This document shows, piece after piece, positions 38,774 through 51,025 of a DNA stretch of 64,000 nucleotides. The position numbers and the translations under genes were made by a program. The notes below the pieces were generated by a model, which had not been told where the DNA came from, searched no databases, and saw only the letters and a list, made by a program, of their open reading frames with translations. The DNA comes from Malacoraja senta (taxonomy: Eukaryota): the NCBI GenBank assembly GCA_038087875.1, contig CM076000.1:1798001-1862000 (forward strand). Reading direction: 5' to 3'. Every line of letters starts with the position of its first letter. The stretch's first letter is position 1.

Positions 38774-41099
38774 CTGCTCCAGCAGCAAGGAAATGCTAAG
38801 CACTGCAGTTTTCCCTCCAATTCAGTTTTTAATCTTACATGGAAAAACGCTGCCCTTGCTTCATTGTTAGGTCTAAATACTGGAACATCCTGCCCAATAC
38901 GTAACCAGAAGGCATGCAGTACCTGAAGAAAACATCCTCTCCACATCCACCCTATCAAGGCCTTTCCATCTTCAGTCTCAGTTCTTAGTTTTCAGTTCTT
39001 AACATTTGTTATTTTGTTTCTAAATAAAATTGGTTTAGGCAATGCTGAACAAAAAATAATTTGGGGAGCCCAGATACTAATCAACTAAACCTGGGAGCAC
39101 ATTAACACAGAACAGTTGTGATCTTAAGGCTTCCTTGCTCAGTTAAAATAATCTGCGTCACTATCCTTGAGCATTTCAGATTGAGCAGAAATTTGATATT
39201 GATTTCAGATTTTGAGCCCACACATTTTACTTCGGAGTCACGCGAGTGACTACATGAAGAGCCTGCCAGCCCGCATGCTCGTCATTACATCTAACGCATG
39301 GCGCACGACTGGCTGGCAGGTGCGTCGCTCCTCCAGCGGTAAGTTTCAAATCCTGCAGGTAAGTTTTTGAACTTATTTTTCAGGTTGTCCTTTTGTTGCA
39401 GGAATCTCTTTTGCAGAGTTTCCTGCAGGACATTGAAATACGGGGCGAAACCCGGACGGACCGCGGGGATGCCGGCTACAGACAGTGGAAGTGCGGGTAG
39501 CCGGTGGCCGTCGGGTTCGCTACACGAGTCGCTGACAGTGCGGTCAGCGACTCCGACTTCGGCAGCTCCAAAAAAGGTGGGCAACCAAAACGGAGTCGGA
39601 GAGGCCTGGGCTGGGACGAGCCAGGCCAGGAGGGTTCCCCTCCGACATACATGGGTACGTCCTCGGACGTTTAACCCATCCTGATATGGTCCACGAAACA
39701 GGGCCATATCAGCGCAGGTCTTCGGAGGCCCACGGCAGCGCCTGTTTTCAGGGCTGCTTACAAATCTCCTCTCTGTGGAGGGGAGTGCGAGGGGTCAGTA
39801 TGTGACTGACTCCAACCCCGGAAGTATGTCCATGGCACATACTGCAATTCATGAGTAAGGTTCCAGAATATCCGGGAGGGGGGGGGGCAGAGTTCCCCTC
39901 ATGTTACTAGCCTTGTATACATCAGCTACCTCACGTCACAATATTTCAGGAACAGGTGACGGAATATACCATACACCTGTAAATTAAGGTATGAGGAAGC
40001 ATAAGCTGTCGGACTATTCCAGGTTTCGGCAATAAACACCCCTACACCTCCATTGGTAGTAAGCACTTCACTGAAGCTGGTAGCAGCTTGAAAGCTGATT
40101 CTCTGGGCAGAGGTCTTCAGGCCTAGGCCCAAGCCGGCCTTCAGGGAAAATGTGCAATCCATGCACCCCAGCAGTTCTACCCTCCAAATCAAGGATGGGA
40201 ATAGAACCTACATCAGGGGCTTTTGGGCTTACCTCAAGACCACCGGTAACTATGCAGGTACATGGGTCTGGTTATTTCCGAAACATGGGTTGTGTGGACC
40301 AGTTATAGTGTAGTCTTTTAAAGTATGACTATATAGAGTAGGCATTTATAATAGTTGCCACTAGGTCACGTTTGTGACTATCATAACCTATACATCTGAT
40401 GAGCTGCAAACTCCACACAGTTACATCTGGTGCTGTAGCCCAGGTCTCTGGCATCAGCTCTACCAGCTGTACCATTATGCTGGCATCCTCTGACTGATTA
40501 TATCAGTTAAGGGTTTTTGTTTTTGGTATCATAAATATACATCATCATGCCAAATTTAGTTTATGTGTTAAAAGGTGTAGTGGAAACGGACCTGCCATGG
40601 CAGTCTAGATCCCTGGCTTGGGAAGCCTTGTTGAGCTGTACCTATCCTGTGGAGCTACACGTGGTGACGTCATGGTAATTCCGCTCATTAAAAGGGACTG
40701 GAAGATTCTTCCCCAAGACGCCAACTTTATTCATATCAATAAAGTGATCAAATCTCTGATTTAACTGGGATGGGTGTTTTCATTCATGTAAACGTCTTTG
40801 CCAATGCAAATAACTGGCAGGTTTTTTCCAGCATTTCTACTCTGTCTGGCGTAGGGGGGCCAGAGGCGCTCCAGTCCTTCCCTGTATACTGCATTGCATC
40901 GGAAAGGTGCAGGACTCAGAGTCACTAGCACGTGCAGCCTGTTTGGTAAATGAGGATACCAACAGAGTATCGATTTGCACAGCGAGTCCTGGCGGCTGCT
41001 GAAGGGAGCAAAATGATAACCCCAACTCAAGGTAAGTGCCAAGTCTTGGGACATCTATGTCAGACAAGATTGGGACTCGTCGCAGTCAAAGAATGCTCC

Positions 41100-41560
41100 G
41101 TCTCAAGGCATGTCAGGCAGCAGCTCCTGGTTCAGGGTTACAAATTTCTTCCCACTCAAATGAGCGGAATGGTGAAGATGGTGCTAAAGAAGTATGCACG
41201 TATGCCTGAAGCAACGCCTGGTTCAGGGTTGCAATTCGGTTGAACGTAGTGATGGAGATGGTGCTAAAATACATGCACACATGCCTGAGGCAGCTCCTGG
41301 TTCAGATTGCATAAGTCCTCCCATTCGGATGTATGAAGGATGAAGATGGAGCCATATATATTATGCCCGTGTCACGGATGCATACACAGGCAGTTCAAGT
41401 CATATGCCTGCAGCTGCCTTGGTTCAAGGTTAGCATTGCCTCCCACCCACAAGGCTATGGGAGATGGTGTTGCAAAGCATGCTTGGTACAGAAGCATGCA
41501 CAGACAATTCGGGGAATACGGATGGTAACACCTGGTTCAGGTGCAATTACTCCCACTCTA
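41100..41560 (+). repeat. Degenerate tandem repeat (about 5 units, 79-121 bp) inside the DIRS element
   Basis: cctggttcag anchors at 41126, 41217, 41296, 41417 (variant) and 41531, with recurrent gagatggtgct and atgcctg. Confidence 0.7.
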
Positions 41561-41883
41561 AAAGAGTGTCAAAGGTCAGTATGGATTAACTCCAAACAGG
41601 AACCAGAATATGACTATGTGCCGGGATCCAATGCTTAATGCATAATGTACGACAATCGCATGAGGGAAAGCGGTGTGCTTTGTCTCTAAAATTGCTGCTC
41701 CGACGGACTAGCCACTACAAGAGAAGTTGGCCAGCAGCATCAGCTATCTAATGGAAATGACAAATATGATGGACAGAGTCTGCGAATGAAATTTCGCTGA
41801 AACTCCAGCAAAGGTAAGGGACCTGGAGTTAGAGACGCTGGTAAGTAGGTCTCGTTATTTACCTCCATGAACTCCGAAAAGGT

Positions 41884-42115
41884 AATATTGATTTGTTTGC
41901 AGCTCAATTCAATCACCAGTTACCAAAGTATGTAGACCAAGGCACAGTAGCAGTAGATGCATTCTCGCTACACTAGGGAGGAATGTCTTTTATACATTCC
42001 CTCCATTTTTGCCTCATCAGTCGGTGCTTGCTAAAGATCCAGCAAGACTCCGCCTCAGGCATTTTGGTAATGCCTGACTGGCTTACACAGCCATGATTCC
42101 CACTCATATTGGGAA
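41884..42115 (+). pseudogene. DIRS pol C-terminal DAM-methyltransferase-like domain remnant
   Basis: NIDLFAAQFNHQLPKY..AVDAFSLH*GGMSFYTFPPFCLISRCLLKIQQD.ASGILVMPDWLTQP*FP, with stop codons. Confidence 0.8.
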
Positions 42116-42229
42116 TAATAACAGAGCCTTTTTATGGCTGTTCTCAAACGCAGAAATCTGCTGGTTCACCCCGTGACTGGGGAGGACCATCCACTGCATG
42201 ATCGAATCAAATCTTTGATTCAGAGTCTG

Positions 42230-43190
42230 AGTAGACCTTACCTAGGGCTCGGACTGTCTGGTCGTATGTTAGTCATGATCACTGAGGCCTGGAGAGATAG
42301 TACCAAGAAGTAGTGCATCCCCTATATCAATGTGGGAAGTGTTCTGTTTACAGTCCAACATACGTATGACACGACACGTATAACGGATGTTTTGTATTCC
42401 TCTCTAAACTAATTTTTACGAGGGATAGAGTTATAGTGCCATAATTTGTGCCAGTAGTGCCTTGTCGTCATACTTGTTGCTGGGATTGGTACATCACTCT
42501 GTCGGATCTCACCCACTGATAGCTAGATTTATGAAGCATATCTTCAACTCAAAACCTCCCAGGCCCAGGGACTCAGAGATATGGGATGTTGACATTGTGC
42601 TGCCGCTGCTTCGCCAGTGGGCTCCAACTACATCCCTGTCCTTGGTCAAACTCACTTACAAAGTGGTTATGCTCATGGCGCTGGTTTCAGCGCAACGGAT
42701 CCAGTCGTTGCGTAAGCTGCGACTGGACAAGATGGTTACATCTGTAGGCAAAATAACATTTTATGTTGATGACTTAGTCAAGCAGAGCAGACCAGGGGCA
42801 TCAGGCTTCAAACTATAGGTTTGGCATACCCTATGGACCTTCGGTTGTGTGTGGTCACACACCTACAACAGTATGTTAAGGTCACCTAGAGCCTTAGAGG
42901 CTCTGAACTAGCTATGTTTGTTAGTTACATAAAAACCTCATAAAAAGATATCAGTACAGACCATCTCCAGGTGGTTAAAACTGGTCTGGCTTGTGCAGGA
43001 GTGAACACTGACAATCTCAAATCTCACTCCACCAGGGCTGCAACATCAGCAGCAAGGGTTATGGATGTTCCGCTGGACCACATCCTAGCGGCTACAGGAT
43101 GGTCAAATGAACGAACCTTTCCAAACATTCCATAACAAACCCATTGCCAGACTGGGGGTATTTGTCAACTCTATTTTAGGGTCTGTTTTA
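42230..43190 (+). pseudogene. DIRS tyrosine recombinase remnant
   Basis: VGSHPLIARFMK.IFN.KPP.PR...WDV..VL, LMALVSAQR..SL, QTISRWLK, SHSTRAA, GWSNE.TF..FHNKP. Frameshifts and stops. Confidence 0.88.
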
Positions 43191-43774
43191 TAGTTTCCTC
43201 CTGGATGAAAGGGGTTACTATTATTATTATTTGTACATTTAAAAGCATCAGCATGTTTTAAATCTATGTCATGTCTGAATGCTTTTTTAATGTTCACTCA
43301 TCTGTGGTCAACTGATGCAGTTGTGTTGTGTGAACTCGTGTTCACGGCATGAAATCACAGAGCCTTGAAATCTTCACGTAGTCACTCACGTGACTCCGAA
43401 GTAAAATAGTAAGATTAAACGAGAACTTACCAGTTTGAAGTTTGATCTTTATTTTATGAGGAGTTACGATGAGGGATTACGTGCCCTCCGCTCCCAACCC
43501 TCTCTCATAAAGGTCAGCTGGTAGCTCTAGTTTCTCGAATCTTCCTATATTCAGTTCAACAACTGTTATCTGTGATTTCACACCGCTGCTTTGAAGATTG
43601 ACGGGCATGCGGGCTGGCGGGCTCTTCACGTAATCCCTCATCGTAACTCCTCATAAAATAAAGATCAAACTTCAAAGGTAAGTTCTCGTTTAATCTTACT
43701 ATTATTTTGTATTTTGAAGGCAGACTAACTTGGATATGAATTTCCATCACTGGGTGAATTTCCATCACTGATGT

Positions 43775-44634
43775 TTCCGGAAGTGGCGGCGCCTAACGGC
43801 AGCGGCTCGACTGCAGTCCGTCTGTCTTTTTTTATTTTTGTCTAGTTAAATGTAGTTGTTTGTGTTTTTTTATATTGTTTTTAACTGTGTATATGTGGGG
43901 GGCGGGGAGGGGGGGGGAGGGGGAAACTTAAAAAAATCTCTTCCCTGTATGGAGGACCCGACCTTTCTCTGTCGGGTCTCCGTTGTCGTTGGGGCCTAGC
44001 ACCGTGGAGCAGCCTCCAACCGGAACGACCTGGGGCTCCAGTCGCGGAGCCTGCGGACTACTCACCATCGTGGAGCTGGCCGAGTTCGGAGCGTGGAGAG
44101 CTGCGGTGACGCGCGGCTGTGACCCGACCCCGGAGATTCGGAGGCTCCAGCCGCAGGTCTGGTGGACGGTAACATCGGGAGCTCGCGGGTCCCTGGTGGG
44201 AGACCGCTTTTCGGGGCTCCCGCAACGGCAACTTCTCCCGCCCGAGTTGCGGGGTTGAAGATGACCTGGAGCTGGGTCTAACATCACCCGGCGCGGATTT
44301 AATGGCCGCGGGACTTGCTTGTGCTACCGGGGGCTCCAACATCCAGACCCGGAGGGCGGCCTTGCAACGCCCGGCGCGGCTTTAATGGCCGCGGGACTTA
44401 TTTTCCATCGCCCGCCGGGGGCTCTGACTCTGACATCGGGAGGAGAATGGGGAGTGCAGGGGAGAAATAAGACTTTGCCCTCCATCACAGCGAGGAGGAG
44501 ATTCGCTGTGATGGATGTTTGTGTAAATTGTGTTGTGTCTTGGTTCTTTTTACTTGTTTGTATGACTGCAGAAACCAAATTTCGTTTGAACTTCATTTGA
44601 GGTTCAAATGACAATAAATGGTATTGTATTGTAT
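43775..44634 (+). mobile_element. GC/CpG-rich non-coding retroposon with LINE-type 3' end
   Basis: Starts ttccggaagtggcggcgcc, has an internal 30-bp direct repeat (44287-44316, 44370-44399), and ends with a stem-loop, atgacaataaa and (gtatt)n. Confidence 0.6.
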
Positions 44635-45282
44635 CATCCTGAAGACACAACTTTAATATCAACTGCCAGTTTTTTACAATCTCTCTCACCCTTGTCTATT
44701 TGGTCAAAGTTCAAAGAAACTTAGGTTTGACCTCATTGCAACCATCAATCTAATATATTATCAGGCACACCAGCAAAAGTATCTTGCAAGCACCAATCCA
44801 CAGGTAGAGTCCATCATGCAACAATATTTTATTTATGTTTAGCATTCATTTTTGTTTTCTGCTATTCATCCTAATTAGTAGTTCTGCTGCATTAACTCTG
44901 AGGCCTGCATGCAGCAATACAACATGTTATATTTTTTGAAAAAGACTATAAAATCTGTTTTTGCTTGAGGTAATAATAGAATTGAGATGATACAATGATA
45001 AGTGTTCCTCATCACATTTACTGGAATAGGCAGTACAAACTCACAGTTTGTGCTTACTGCAAGTACTACATCCTGGCAGGAGGACAGAATTCATAAATCT
45101 TGCTCATCCAAAATGTTCACATCGTACCAATACGACAAATTCCCAACAGAAATGAGGTAGAAACCGAGAACCTGTTGCTGACATTTGATGGACAGTTATC
45201 CAAACCAATTCTTTATTCAGTTGATCATGGATGTGAGCAAAGTATCAGTCAATGTCTAGTCACTTCCTCATGAACAAACTAG

Positions 45283-46100
45283 TCCGAGATGTCCTCCTTC
45301 TTTAGGGAATGGGGGTTCCCCTCTTCCATCAGGATCCCATCGGGATCCCATCACTAGCCACATCTTCCCATCTCCACCACATTCCGCCTTCCGCAGAGAC
45401 CGTTCCCTCCGCAACTCCCTGGTTAACTCATCCCTTCCCACCCAAGCCACCCCCTCCCCAGGTACCTTCCCCTGGAAACGCAGGAGATGCAACACCTGTC
45501 CCTATACCTCCTCCCTCAACTCTGTCCAGGAACCCCGACAGTCCTTTCAGGTGAGGCAGAGGTTCACTTGCACCTCCTTCAACCTCATCTACTGTCTCCG
45601 TTGTGCTTATGCAATGGCAAGACCAAACGTAGACCTACCTGATCTCCCGGTTGCCAAACACTTTAATTCCTCTTCCCATTCCCACACTGACCTTTCTGTC
45701 CTAGGCCCCCTCCATTGTCAGCGTGAGGCTAGACGCAAATTGGAAGAACAGCATCTCATATTTCACTTGGGCAGTTTACAACCCAGTGGTATGAATATTG
45801 GTTTCTCTAACTTCAAGTAACCCCTACATTCCCTCTCTCCCCATTCCTCCCCCACCCAAGTTGCACCAGCTTCTCGTTCTCACCTATCAAACAGCTAATA
45901 ATGGCCTGTTTCCTTTATCATTGTTACTTTTTTGCATATCTTTCATTCATTTGTTCTACTTCTCTCTACATCACCGTCTATATCTCTAGTTTCCCTTTCA
46001 CCTGACTCCAGTCTACAAAGGGTCTCGACCCAAAACGTCACCCATTCCTTCTTCCAGAGATGCTGCCTGTCCCGCTGAGTTACTCCAGCTTTTTGTGTCT
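45283..46100 (+). mobile_element. PLE 3' fragment (GIY-YIG region and pLTR) with internal deletions
   Basis: RQRFTCTSFNLIYC...VAKHFNS...RKLEEQHLIFHLGSLQPSGMNI; collinear with 21220-22228. Confidence 0.9.
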
Positions 46101-47252
46101 ATTTTCTTTAAATAAGACACAAAATGAGCATTACCCAGTTCACATACTTGAACCTAAGGACCCAAGGGGCAACTTTTCTACATGTGTTGTGTATATGAAA
46201 TTAGCTGCTAGAGGATATATCTGTGGCAGGTACAATAACATTTGAAACACATTTGAACATATGCATGAAAAAGAAAGATTTAGAGGGATATGGGCCAAAC
46301 GTGGGTAATTGGGATGAGTTTAGTACTGGCATCTTGGCCAGGATGAATTGTGCCGAAGGACCTGTCTCCATGCTGTATTGCTCCATGGGTCCATATTGAA
46401 AAGATTAAGGAGAGGCCAGGCATTGTAAAGTGAACCATTGTGGTTTAAAGCTACACTGGAAACATGGAGCTAGAATTGATATCAGTCCATGGATAAAGTC
46501 CCTGGTTACATGCGATTCTGACGGCAGAAACGTGTCAACAGCAGCTGGTGCCATCTGTTGTTGTAAAGCTCTGCTTATTAATAATGTCTTTTGCAAAGTA
46601 AATGGCATCTTTTGAGGATTTGACACCTATAAAAAACACGACTGAAAAATGATTTGATTGTTACTGAGCCATAACCTCAAGCTGGACAGCTTGCTCTAAT
46701 TCCCAGGTCTGAGCTGGCTTTCAAAAGCTTTGATTGTTTCTCACTGGCCTAGATCTTGGTGTTTTAAATGGAACCAATGACGTTTATTCATTTAGAAAGA
46801 AGCACATTCAGGGTGTCCCCATACGTGCTGTCATATGCTGATGCCCCAGACTCCTGGGGACTGAGTATTTGCTACGATTTCTCTGTGCACACCATGAAAA
46901 TTGTCTCTTTGATATTTGTGTCAAGTAAGATGTGGTGCAGGATCCAATACCCCAAATGTTTCGAATGGGAATTGTAGTTTTCCAGGTCTTTCTGGGGCAG
47001 GTTCTCCTGAATCTTTGGTGCAGCCAACCCAATGGGGGACTACCACAGCCTAGAGTCCTTCGTTACAGGACAGTAAGAGGCAGTGCCCGGTGGGGACACA
47101 CCTCAAACAAGGGAAGTGATATCACCCCACGGAGCCACAAGAAAGGAAAGGGTATTTTGTTTAAAAGCCAGTCCAAATACTACTGAGTATGACACTTTTG
47201 AATGAATAGACACTGCAAATGTATGAAGAGTTTTTGCATATATATATTTTTT

Positions 47253-47570
47253 GGAGATACAGCATATAAACAGGCCCTTCGGCCAACCGAGTCCATGCCG
47301 ACCATTGGTCATCCGTTTACACGAGTTCAATATTATCCCACTTTCACACCCACTCCCTGTACACTTGGGGCAATTCACAGAGGGCAATGAACCTACAAAC
47401 CCACAAGTCTTTGCGAGGTTGGGGAAAACCGGAGCACCCGGAGGAAACCCACGTGGTCACAGGGAGAACATGCAAACTACAGACAGACATCATCCGAGGG
47501 TCAGGATTGAACCTGGGTCTCTAGTGCTGTGAGGCAGCAACTTTGCCAGTTGAACCACTAGGCCGCCCCT
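47253..47570 (-). mobile_element. HE1-like V-SINE
   Basis: Reverse-complement head and V-domain (ggaaaaccggagcacccggaggaaacccac). Confidence 0.82.
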
Positions 47571-47847
47571 ATTCTGAAGGAAAGGTTGTTTTTTAATTTG
47601 AAAAAACTCCATGAGCAGCCTTGCCACCACTCAGTCAGTCATAATGGCTCTAGACCTGGACTTGAACCATGGCCAATGTCTCTGTGGACTAGGCCAGCAC
47701 GATCAAATATTAGTCTGATAATCAGAATGAATTGAACATTATGAATGAACAGAATTAATGAAGTACTAAATGAAACAAACTATTGAAAGCCACACAAGTA
47801 CGGTTTGAAATAATAATCTTGAAAATGTAAATTTAAGGATACAAATA

Positions 47848-48370
47848 AACATAGAAACATAGAAAATAGGTGCAGGAGTAGGCCATTCGGCCCTTCGAGC
47901 CTGCACCGCCATTTGATATGATCATGGCTGATCATCCAACTCAGTATCCCATCCCTGCCTTCTCTCCATACCCCCTGATCCCTTTAGCCACAAGGGCCAC
48001 ATCTAACTCCCTCTTAAATATAGCCAATGAACTGGCCTCAACTACCTTCTGTGGCAGAGAATTCCACGGATTCACCACTCTCTGTGTAAAAAATGATTTC
48101 CTCATCTCGGTCCTAAAAGTCTTCCCTCTTATCCTTAAACTGTGACCCCCTAGTTCTGGACTTCCCCAACATCGGGAATAATCTTCCTGCATCTAGCCTG
48201 TCCAACCCCTTAAGAATTTTGTAAGTTTCTATAAGATCCCCCCTCAGTCTTCTGAATTCCAACGTGTACAAGCCGAGTCTGTCCAGTCTTTCCTCATATG
48301 AAAGTCCTGCCATCCCAGGGATCAGTCTGGTGAACCTTCTCTGTACTCCCTCTATGGCAAGAATGTCCCT
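47848..48370 (-). mobile_element. CR1 LINE 3' end (young)
   Basis: MAGLSYEERLDRLGLYTLEFRRLRGDLIETYKIL...FFTQRVVNPWNSLPQ; (atagaaac)n tail. Confidence 0.93.
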
Positions 48371-48389
48371 CTATTGCAAAAATCTTGTT

Positions 48390-48782
48390 ATTTAGAGACA
48401 CAATGGAAACAGGCCCTTTGTCCCACCAAATCTGTGCCGACCAGCGATCACCCAGTACACTTGCAATATCCAATACACCAGGGACAATCTACAGAAGCCA
48501 ATTAACATATAGTCTGAAGAAGGGTCTCGACCCAAAACGTCGCCTAATCCTTCTCTCCATAGATGCTGCCTCACCCGCTGAGTTTCTCCAGCATTTTTGT
48601 CTACCCACAACATATAAACCTGTACGTCTTTGGAGTGTGGGAGGAAACCAGAGCACCCGGGGAAAACCCACACAGTCACAGGGAGAACATACAAATTCTG
48701 TACAGACAGCATCCGTAGTCGAGATCGAACCCGGGTCTCTGCCGCTGTAAGACAGCAACTCTTCAGCTGCTCCAATGTGCCG
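48390..48782 (-). mobile_element. HE1-like V-SINE containing an inserted PLE-type hammerhead module (about 48511-48606)
   Basis: SINE consensus interrupted by agtctgaagaagggtctcgacccaaaacgtc...; aacatata is duplicated on both sides. Confidence 0.8.
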
Positions 48783-49448
48783 CTTGATTCATCTCTCCCC
48801 TTAGTTGCTCACAATTGCTCTCATTCACTGAATTCAATGTGGAAACTTTTCATTCTCTGGGACTAATCTGCCGCAGATTGTTTGAACAGATTCCTCACCA
48901 TATATTGTGCAGAACTATCACCACTCAGTTGAACCTCACTGGTCTTCAACACTGGAGCACAGTTGGCAAGGTTACCATAATTTCAGAAATTCTGCATTCA
49001 TACTGAATTACCAGAACTGCAATGACATGAGGAAAGCATGGCACAAATACAAGTATCCAATAACAAATCCACAAAAATCAGGTCCATCTGCAAACACTTG
49101 CAGAAGAGGATCAAACTTAGAAAGTTCTATTTGACATTGTTCGGTCACGAGTGCAACATGCCTTTGCTTGCTAAGTATGCATGGTTAAATGGTGCAAGAA
49201 AATCCTAAAGGTGCCAAAATCTAGAAGCAGCTTACCCTATATAATTGTTTTGGATTCAATACAACTGTCCAAGGCTGAGGCAAACAAAGGCGCTGTAACC
49301 CAATCGGGGGTAATGCATCATGCAGTCCTAAATCCTATTTTGATCCCATCTATATTACTTTATATCTTCCTGTGTAGCCGTAAGCTGTTACTGCTCATCT
49401 CATTAAACCAATTGGTCAGTCTCACAAGGACAAAGTTTAAATGCGGAT

Positions 49449-50222
49449 TTAGAAGCGATCGCCAAGCCTGCACTTGGTCTCACCGATGTAGAGCAGTTGA
49501 CACCTAGAGCAGCAGATGCAATAGATGAGCTTGGAGGAGGTGCAGGTGAACCTCTGCCTCACCTGGAAAGACTGCTTGGGTCCTTGGATGGGGTCGAGGG
49601 GGGAGGTAAAGCGACAAGTGTAACATTTCCTGGGTTGCAAGGGAAAGTACCAGGGGAGGGGGTGGTTTGGGTGTGAAGGGACAAATTGACCAAGGAGTTA
49701 TGGAGGGAGCGGTCTCTGCAGAAAGCCAAAAGGGGAGGAGATGAGAAGGTGTGGCCAGTGATGGGATACCGTTGGAGGTGGCGAAAATGTCGGAGGATTA
49801 TCTGTTGTATGTGACGGCTGGTAGGGTGGAAGGTGAGGACAAGGGGGACTCTGTCCTTGTCGCGAGTGGGGGGGATGGTGAGTGAGAGCAGAGCTACGGG
49901 ATATAGAGGAGACCCTGGTGAGAGCCTCATCTATAGTCGAAGAAGGGAACTCCCGTTCCCTAAAGAATGAGGACATCTCCGATGCCCTGGTTTGGAACAC
50001 CTCATCCTGGGTGCAGATGCAGCGTAGACGGAGGAATTGGGAGTAGGGGATAGAGTTCTTACAGGAAGCAGAGTGGGAAGAAGTGTAGTCCAGATAGCCA
50101 TGGGAGTCAGTGGGTTTATAGTAGATGTCGGTCAGTAGTCTGTTACCCAAGATGGAGATAGTGAGGTCTAGAAATGGTAGGGAGATGTCGGAAATGGTCC
50201 AGGCGACTTTGGGTGGCGGATG
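49449..50222 (-). mobile_element. PLE fragment (RT thumb to GIY-YIG)
   Basis: TDIYYKPTDSHGYLDYTSSH, PYSQFLRLR, RVPLVLTFHP, FTCTSSKLIYCICCSRCQLLYIGETKCRLGDRF. Confidence 0.92.
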
Positions 50223-50269
50223 GCATGCAGAGAAGTATAGTTTGTCATGTGTGTTTTAAACAGGTACAG

Positions 50270-51025
50270 GTCACAGACACAGTGATAAGCTTTTGTTGCA
50301 TGCTAACCAGTTAGCAGATAGCCAATACATGATTACAATCGAGTCACCCATAGTGTACAGATACATGACAAGCAAATAATGTTTAGTGCAAGATAAAGCA
50401 AGTGAAGTCCAATCAAAGATAGTCCAAGGGTCTCCAATGAGGTAGATGGTAGTTTAGGACTGCTCTCTAGTCGTGGTAGGATGGTTCAGTTGCCTGATAA
50501 CAGCTGGGAAGAAACTGTCCCTGAATCTGGAGGTGCGTTTCCATACTTCTATACCTTTTGCCCGATGGGAGAGGAGAGAAGATGGAATGGCCAGAGTGCG
50601 ACGTCCTTGATTATGCTCCTGGCCTTGCCGAAGCGGCGTGAGGTATAAATGGAGTCAATGAAAGGGAGGTTGGTTTGTGCGATGGTCTGGGTTGCGTCCA
50701 CAAGTCTTGTTGTCTTGGATGGAGCTGTTCCGAAAACAAGCTGTGTTGCATCCTGGTAAAATGCCTTCTACGGCGCATCTATAGAAGTTGGTGAGATTTG
50801 TTGGGGGCATGCTGAACTTCCTAAGCCTTCTAAGGAAGTAAAGGTGTTAGTGTGCATTTCTGGCCATTGCTTTAATTTGGGTGGTTCAGGAGAAGGTGTT
50901 GGTGATATTTACTCCTAGGAATTTGAAGTTTTCAACCATATCCACTTCGGCGCCGTCAACGCAAACTGGGGTATGTGTACCACTTCGCTTCCTGAAGTCG
51001 ATCATTATCTCCTTTGTCTTGCTGA
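50270..51025 (-). mobile_element. Rex1/Babar-type LINE 3' fragment
   Basis: Minus strand reads IDFRKR...VENFKFLGVNI...LYFLRRLRKFSM...NFYRCAVEGIL, followed by the shared 3' UTR. Confidence 0.85.

Larger units (their letters stand above)
39224..43703 (+). mobile_element. DIRS1-type tyrosine-recombinase retrotransposon, degenerate, ends intact
   Basis: Left end 39224-39260 is complementary to ICR 43371-43407. ICR 43406-43483 is complementary to right end 43627-43702. ITR 39251-39284 pairs with 43599-43632. ATT at both borders, no TSD. MT and YR remnants inside. Confidence 0.93.

Noticed and set aside
43928..44689. Cluster of overlapping 90-120 aa ORFs or a host CpG-island promoter
   Set aside because: Explained by the high GC of a retroposon-like insert with a LINE-type tail; no protein motifs.
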